Part shown: positions 8,836-14,247 of the stretch, piece by piece
Layout: each line of letters opens with the position of its first letter
How positions within the stretch are numbered: position 1 is the first letter of the stretch
The notes under the pieces: generated by a model
What the model saw: the letters and a program-made list of their open reading frames with translations, nothing else
Database searches by the model: none
What the model was told of the DNA's origin: nothing
Source of the DNA: Promethearchaeota archaeon Loki_b31
Lineage (GTDB): Archaea; Asgardarchaeota; Lokiarchaeia; Sigyniarchaeales; SOKP01
Length of the DNA: 14,247 nucleotides
Reading direction: 5' to 3'
Assembly: GCA_005222975.1 (NCBI GenBank)
Contig: NJBI01000071.1
Location: 1-14,247, forward strand
Translations under genes and position numbers: made by a program

Positions 8836-8994
8836 TTCTTATCCTCATGTTTGATGCTTTTCTTCTGTTGGCTTTTTTATAACGCATGTGTATTTACATT
8901 TTAATCCATATATATCTTGTATTTAGTGATATTTAAACTCTAGTCCTATCAAAATCATAGAAAAATTACATTGTTAAGTATGATAAAAATAATG

Positions 8995-9005
8995 AAAAAA
9001 AAAAA
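8995..9005 (-). terminator. Oligo-T (T11) archaeal-type terminator after fusion copy 2
   Basis: A11 run on the + strand beginning 14 nt past the stop at 9019. Confidence 0.5.
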
Positions 9006-9018
9006 TTTTTAGGGCTTT

Positions 9019-10239
9019 TTATAGACCAAACAATAGTGCTACTGTCATAATTGATCCAGTTATTAAAGGAACTGTAAGATTGTCATTTAAATTCATTGAA
9101 AACATTTCAACTAAAGGTGCTGAGATACCCCCTAGAATTAAAACAATCAAAGAAATCTCTAAGTTAGTATAAAGAAAGTATCCCATAATAAGGACACTTC
9201 CCGCATATGCTAGCGTACCTTCTAAAGTTTTGTCCAATATTTTATGCCTTCCAAATGCTAACCCAAAAAGCTTACTAAACGAATCTCCGAATATCAGAAA
9301 CGATGCGGCTATAATCGCTACGTTTTTCTGAAATAACAATATAGTTATAAACATCGCAACTAAGAAGATAGTCATTGACGAAAATTTTTTAAATTCAGTT
9401 TTCCTTAATAGAGCTTTAACTTTTGTTGCTATTAATTCATTTGCTTGTTTACTCATAAACCTATAAATATCAAATACTATAAAAAATAGCGCTACGATAC
9501 CAATGAATTGCAATGTAGTTATTTGCGGGTAAAATACGTAAAATATTATAAATAAAATAGCGAACGGTCTTATGGCTACCCGCCACCAGTGAGTTTTAAA
9601 AGTTTTGTCTTCAATCTTGATTACTTTCCCCTTTACCATATCATAAAAAGTAACAGACATATCATAAGCTATTACTATCCAAAAGAAGAGATTATAAGGG
9701 CTTTCAGGATAATAAATAAAAGCAGTATATCCGAGTAAAGCAAGTACAATAAGCGCGATAATTACTCCTGTTCTAGTAATGTAAACAAAAATCACAATTA
9801 TAAAAATTAAATAGCAAAAAAGAAAAATAAGCATTTCGGGGCCAACAAGAATATAATTTAATAAATAAGCAAGTAAGATACCTGAAGTACAAGCCATTCC
9901 TTGACCACCGCGAAATTTAATATAAAATGGAAAAACATGTCCTGCAATAGCAGCTAAACCACTTAATTGCGCGAAGACAAAATCAGCTCCCATACTCAGT
10001 GCTATGAAAATAACAAAAACACCTTTTAGAGTATCAAATATCGCTGTTGGTATTGCAAATTTAAGTCCTAAATTATGATAAGCATTTACAGTGCCAGCAA
10101 TACCATCGCCTTTCTCTCTTATATCGAATTTTTTTAATTTACCAAAAAAATAAGCCGGGTTTATTGAACCTATAAAATAGCCTATAACTATAACTAAAAT
10201 ATTTATTGTGATTGTAAAAATCTCCATAAAATCTCCCAC
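9019..10239 (-). CDS. plsY: Fusion: PlsY-like domain + CTP-dependent lipid kinase domain, copy 2 (true start probably ATG at 10227)
   Basis: GSINPAY, DIREKGDGIAGTVN, DTLKG, GHVFP..FRGGQGMA, then LRKTE, GDSFSKLFGLAFG, KTLEG, DNLTVP. A GGGAG SD precedes ATG 10227. Confidence 0.88.
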   Translation of the reverse strand: MGDFMEIFTITINILVIVIGYFIGSINPAYFFGKLKKFDIREKGDGIAGTVNAYHNLGLKFAIPTAIFDTLKGVFVIFIALSMGADFVFAQLSGLAAIAGHVFPFYIKFRGGQGMACTSGILLAYLLNYILVGPEMLIFLFCYLIFIIVIFVYITRTGVIIALIVLALLGYTAFIYYPESPYNLFFWIVIAYDMSVTFYDMVKGKVIKIEDKTFKTHWWRVAIRPFAILFIIFYVFYPQITTLQFIGIVALFFIVFDIYRFMSKQANELIATKVKALLRKTEFKKFSSMTIFLVAMFITILLFQKNVAIIAASFLIFGDSFSKLFGLAFGRHKILDKTLEGTLAYAGSVLIMGYFLYTNLEISLIVLILGGISAPLVEMFSMNLNDNLTVPLITGSIMTVALLFGL

Positions 10240-10257
10240 TCTTTAATAAAAATCTTG

Positions 10258-10345
10258 TTTCCACGGAAATAATATTAAAAATTATTTTGTGATTAATAAT
10301 CCACAATCTCTGTGACTATTAATCCTATTTTTAATTTTATTTAAA
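10258..10345 (-). promoter_or_regulatory. Putative promoter of fusion copy 2 with operator-like repeats
   Basis: TTTAAATA on the minus strand at 10338-10345. Direct repeat TGTGA(T/C)TA(A/T)TAATCC at 10288-10302 and 10311-10325. TTGTG-N10-CACAA at 10287-10306 and TTTCC-AC-GGAAA at 10258-10269. Confidence 0.45.
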
Positions 10346-10370
10346 TTTTAAGCAAACCAAAAATCAAGAA

Positions 10371-12112
10371 TTAATGATAAAAATATAAAAACCGTTCCAT
10401 ATAATACAAAAAAATCTGGTTATAATAACCTGAAAAATAAAAATCGCTTGCGTGTCCGCCTAATAACATCCATAATATAGCACATTCATAATTTCCTTCA
10501 GCTAAATATGTATTTCTAAAATTATTTGTTATACTAAAATAATTAAGAATATCATGGGTACCTTGGAAAATTAAACACGGTGGACTATCTTCATCAATAA
10601 GTTTTTCAGGATTTTTAAATTCTTCTTTTCCATCAATTCCAAAATAAACCATTTGACCATTTGCGGGATAAAATGGGATTAAACCTTTAATTGTTAAATT
10701 TTGACTAAAAATATCTGTATATTTTCCGCTTGCTATTGCTAAAGCCATAGCAGATGCAAGATGGCCCCCAGAAGATCCTCCACTAATAAATACAGAGTTT
10801 AATTTAGCGCCGTATTCATCTGCGTGTTCAGCGAGGTAAATCGTGAAAATGCCGAGATGACGCATCATATCATCGATATTAAAATCTCCCTTATTATAAT
10901 CGGGTGTACTAGGATCAACAAAAGGCATTGTTCCGTCAAATAATCCGTATTGTATGTCAAATACTATGTATCCTTAAGCTGCAAAATATTTATTCATCTG
11001 CATCATGTTCATATGTCCTTTATCCCCAGAAACCCACCCACCACCATGGATCCTAATAATAGTTGAATTTTCTCCAGGAAGGTTTTTCCCTCGATTTAAT
11101 GGCATATAAGCATCAAAGTATAGGCTTATACCTTCGTCTTTATAAAATAAAGTTTGTTCTTCAATAATACTGCCTTTAGGAGGAATTCCTAAAAAATAAC
11201 CTGGAATTGAAAAAGTAGTTTGTAAAAAATAATTGTTTACTTCAACGGGGATTTCTTCCCGCCAATCTTGACCGAACATTTCTATAAACCTCTTCTCAGC
11301 ATTAAATACTATGGAATGAGTTAAAAAAAAAGGCATCATAGAAATCCCAGAAATTAGAATTCCAATAATTGCTGTTCTATAATATTTTTTAGGATTCCAT
11401 TTTTTCTTTTTTAATTTTAAATATATAATTGTATTTGCCAAAAATATAAATGAAAAGAATGTACCAAATTGAGGGGTAAATAAAACGATACCAGTTGTTA
11501 TTATTTCAAATACACCAAATAATACATTAATCGCAAAAATAATACCAATAATAAAAGTTACCCGCGTAAGAATCATAAAAATTTTATACAATATTTCTTT
11601 AGCTCTAATAATTTCTTTAGATTTTATTCCTTCAAACCTTTTTTTGAATTTCCAAAAATTTTTGTTTTTAATGTTTGTAATATCAATTAATCCTATAAAA
11701 ATGCCAAAAATTAAAATCCCAAAATAAAAAAATAGGTTGTTAAATATGCTCCAAAATTTTCAATTCCTTCATTTGAATATGTCACAGAGGTAGATAAATT
11801 ACCTGACATCAAACTTAGCATAGCAAAAATCATAAAAACTAAATAAAAATAACAAATTAAGCTCGTTCTTTTTCCTAATCTATTCGCATTATTTATTTTA
11901 TCCAAATTAAGATATACAAGTAAAAGATTGACAAATAGACTTATTAATAAAATAATCCCAAAAACATCCCATAAAAAAGAATATAAAGGTTTCACAAGGT
12001 AAATTATTCCTAAAATAATACTAGCTAAATTTAAGACTACTGATAAGTAACTAACATTTTTGATAGTAAAAATTTCAATAATTTTATTTAACTTGTTTTT
12101 AAAATCTATCAA
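10371..12112 (-). pseudogene. Membrane-anchored alpha/beta hydrolase (HGGG / hormone-sensitive-lipase-like esterase), split into three ORFs
   Basis: ORFs 11711-12112, 10974-11591 and 10371-10928 join into about 580 aa, given one extra base in the T7 run (11726-11732) and read-through of the TAA at 10974-10976 (YFAA*GYIVFDIQYG). HGGGW, GGSSGG, GTHD and GGHASD motifs are present, and the N-terminus is multi-TM. Confidence 0.88.
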
Positions 12113-12449
12113 CTAATGATTTTCTCTAATTTATTGGTTAAAATTTCAATTTTTAATAATTTCCTCAACCACAAAAAATATTTGACTTATTTTCAAATCT
12201 CTGATAATCAAAAACGCCTATAAAATAAGTACTTGATAATTATCCGAAAATGTCAAATATAAGATATAAAAGAAATTTTTACTTTAAAAGAACAACTAGA
12301 ATTAGTTTAATTCGTGTTATTGTTATATTCCTAAAAAAAATAGAAACATTTATAAATTGAGTAAATTTTAATTTTAAATCTTTTTATTTTTTTTGTTTAT
12401 TCTTGTATTAATTAATTACTTTATAATATTTCTATGCCTAATAGATTTA

Positions 12450-14247
12450 TGTCGTGCGATCTGCGGTATCTAATGTGCGAAAAGATTATAGAAAAAATTA
12501 CGATTGAAAACCGTTTTTTTGTGACCTCTTTAATTTTAAGAAATAAGACTGAGAGAGAAAGCATAATTAATTTATTCATTGAATCAAAGATTAACCAAAA
12601 AGAATAAATAGGCGAGAAAATAATAGTTAATTATTGATCGTAAAAATGAGCCATCATGATAATAATTTTATATAGAATTAAACCCAGTATTTATCAAACT
12701 CAGTTGACAGACTTCATTGGATTAGAATCCATAGAGAAATATGACATGAATGTTCCAAAAGATTACAGAATAGCCCGAAAAAAGTTTCGATAGTTACCTA
12801 AACATCCCACTTGGGGGAAGCGGAGAACGTCCACTACGAGGCCCTTGACCAAATCCCAGAAAAAGATACAGGACTTCATAGATTGGGAGCCTAGACTAAA
12901 GGATAAATATTTATACAGGTTCCCACGCGTAAAGATCCCTCGTTTTGAAGAATTCGGATTGGGAATGATCTCTAAAATTGAATGGGATTTACATCGATAT
13001 CTTAAGGGATTTAACGAACTCTTTGAAAACTTATTTGAATTTAATGATTTTAGCTATTTTCAAGATTTACAAGGAATCCTTGAGAACCGCGGCGTGTCAT
13101 TTAAGGATATGTTTATTGAAGATGTGCTCGCCTATGAAATGTTGCGGATTAACTTGGGCTTTAAAAACTATACAGAAATTGAAAGAATGGGTAGATTCCT
13201 TGCTTATCCACCCTTATTCAGCATCACACACGATCCTAACTTCTTTCCCAACGCACGAGATATCAGTTATGTGCTCACGAGGATCCCTGCAGAAGCGCTG
13301 TTTGAGTTCTTTCAGCTGTTGGTGAAGGAGTGCGTTGATTGTGGGATAATCGTCCCAAGAATCCTAATTTGGGACGGTCAATTCATACGCTCAAATTGTA
13401 ACAATAATAAAAAGAAAGGACAATCAAAATATACTGATCCAGATGCTGGTTATTGTCGACATAACGGCATAAAAAAAGGAGTAGGCTATGACCCTGGAAT
13501 ACTATATGCTCATTGCTTTAATCGCTGGTTTCTTATATATTTCAAGATGTTTCCAGCAAATCGGAACGATATTCTTGCGTTTAGAGAAACCATGGAAGGA
13601 TTTTTTGCTCTTACAAAATATAAATGACAAGTTCTCATAGCAGATTCAGGACCATACTTTCTGCAAAACATGGAAAATATGCGGTTTAAAGGGTTAATAC
13701 CTATTATTCGAGCAAGGAAGAATCTGAAAACCCATCCTATAAGAGAATTAAAAAAAGGATTTTTTTTCAATACCAACTATATCCCAGACGGGTGGTCGGA
13801 CGATTATTTTTTCAAGATCTACAGCTTTCGACCTATGATTGAGCAAGGAAATTCATATAATAATACGTATTACAACGCCTATCGAATGAATAACAGGGGC
13901 ATGGATGCGGCGATAAAACTTCGCTCTCTTATTTATATTTTAGAACTATTGAAAGCGTTGACGGCGTATAAATTAGGACGACCTGATTTAATAATGAAGC
14001 CTTCTGCTTCTGAATCTTCTCGGCATTCCAATTTTAGACGAATGCTTCCCTATGAAGCACAGAAATCTGGATATCTTTACTTTAATTCCGAAGACGTATT
14101 ACACCGACGAATTAAAAATCTTTATGGAATATTTTTCTGCATATTGCTTTAGTGCTTCGTCAATTTTGCCACTTATATTTACTTGCGTCATTTTCCTTAA
14201 CCTAATTCTGTTATCTGAATAAAAACAAATAAAATATTAAAAACATT
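12450..14247 (+). mobile_element. Degenerate insertion sequence, boundaries approximate
   Basis: Transposase pseudogene with visibly higher GC than the flanks. No terminal inverted repeats or target duplication were identified, and the right end may be outside the window. Confidence 0.55.
12746..14152 (+). pseudogene. DDE transposase (IS4-like clan; IS5/IS1182-like) with two in-frame stops
   Basis: One frame runs from ATG 12746 to 14152 (468 codons), interrupted by TAG 12791-12793 and TGA 13625-13627. Motifs LIWDGQF (D1), DPDAG...GY, LIADSG (D2, directly after the TGA) and YSFRPMIE (Y-x2-R-x3-E). Confidence 0.85.

Noticed and set aside
7630-9147. Diversity-generating retroelement TR/VR pair
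   Set aside because: The mismatches are not adenine-specific and are mostly synonymous, both copies are coding, and there is no reverse transcriptase in the window.
10371-12112. Three independent genes
   Set aside because: The catalytic motifs of a single hydrolase are spread across the fragments, and the gaps translate seamlessly.
12704-12728. Bacterial sigma70 promoter TTGACA...TAGAAT before the transposase
   Set aside because: The spacer is only 13 nt. An archaeal TTTATATA at 12667-12674 is a better candidate.
10974-13627. Stop-codon recoding (Sec at TGA 13625, Pyl at TAG 12791, or an alternative genetic code)
   Set aside because: The three in-frame stops are three different codons. TAG and TAA end intact genes elsewhere in the window, no SECIS-like hairpin was recognised, and the contexts fit Gln/Trp nonsense mutations.
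12978-13776. ORFs 12978-13325 (+) and 13510-13776 (-) as IS accessory genes
   Set aside because: They lie entirely within the transposase frame and have no motifs or translation signals.

Overview
An AT-rich chromosomal segment, most likely from an Asgard archaeon of Lokiarchaeia type. That placement is an inference from the archaeal-type ProRS, TTTA(A/T)ATA boxes, oligo-T terminators and longin-like ORFs. In order, the window holds an APC amino-acid permease, an MBL-fold hydrolase with an HxHxDY variant motif, two tandem longin-like paralogs, two small membrane proteins, proS and a hypothetical protein. These are followed by two tandem genes that each fuse a PlsY-like acyltransferase domain to a CTP-dependent polyprenol/diacylglycerol kinase (SEC59/DGK1/VTE5-like) domain, a broken membrane-anchored HGGG-type lipase/esterase, and a broken DDE transposase. 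The best candidate for an undescribed system is the lipid module at 7630-12112. Both PlsY-like domains lack the residues that clamp the phosphate of glycerol-3-phosphate but keep the glycine-rich acyl-phosphate loop. Both are fused to a lipid kinase and lie next to a membrane lipase. This could be a non-canonical acylate-then-phosphorylate or lipid-salvage route relevant to the archaeal/bacterial lipid divide, but it is a hypothesis only. No rRNA, tRNA or CRISPR array was seen.
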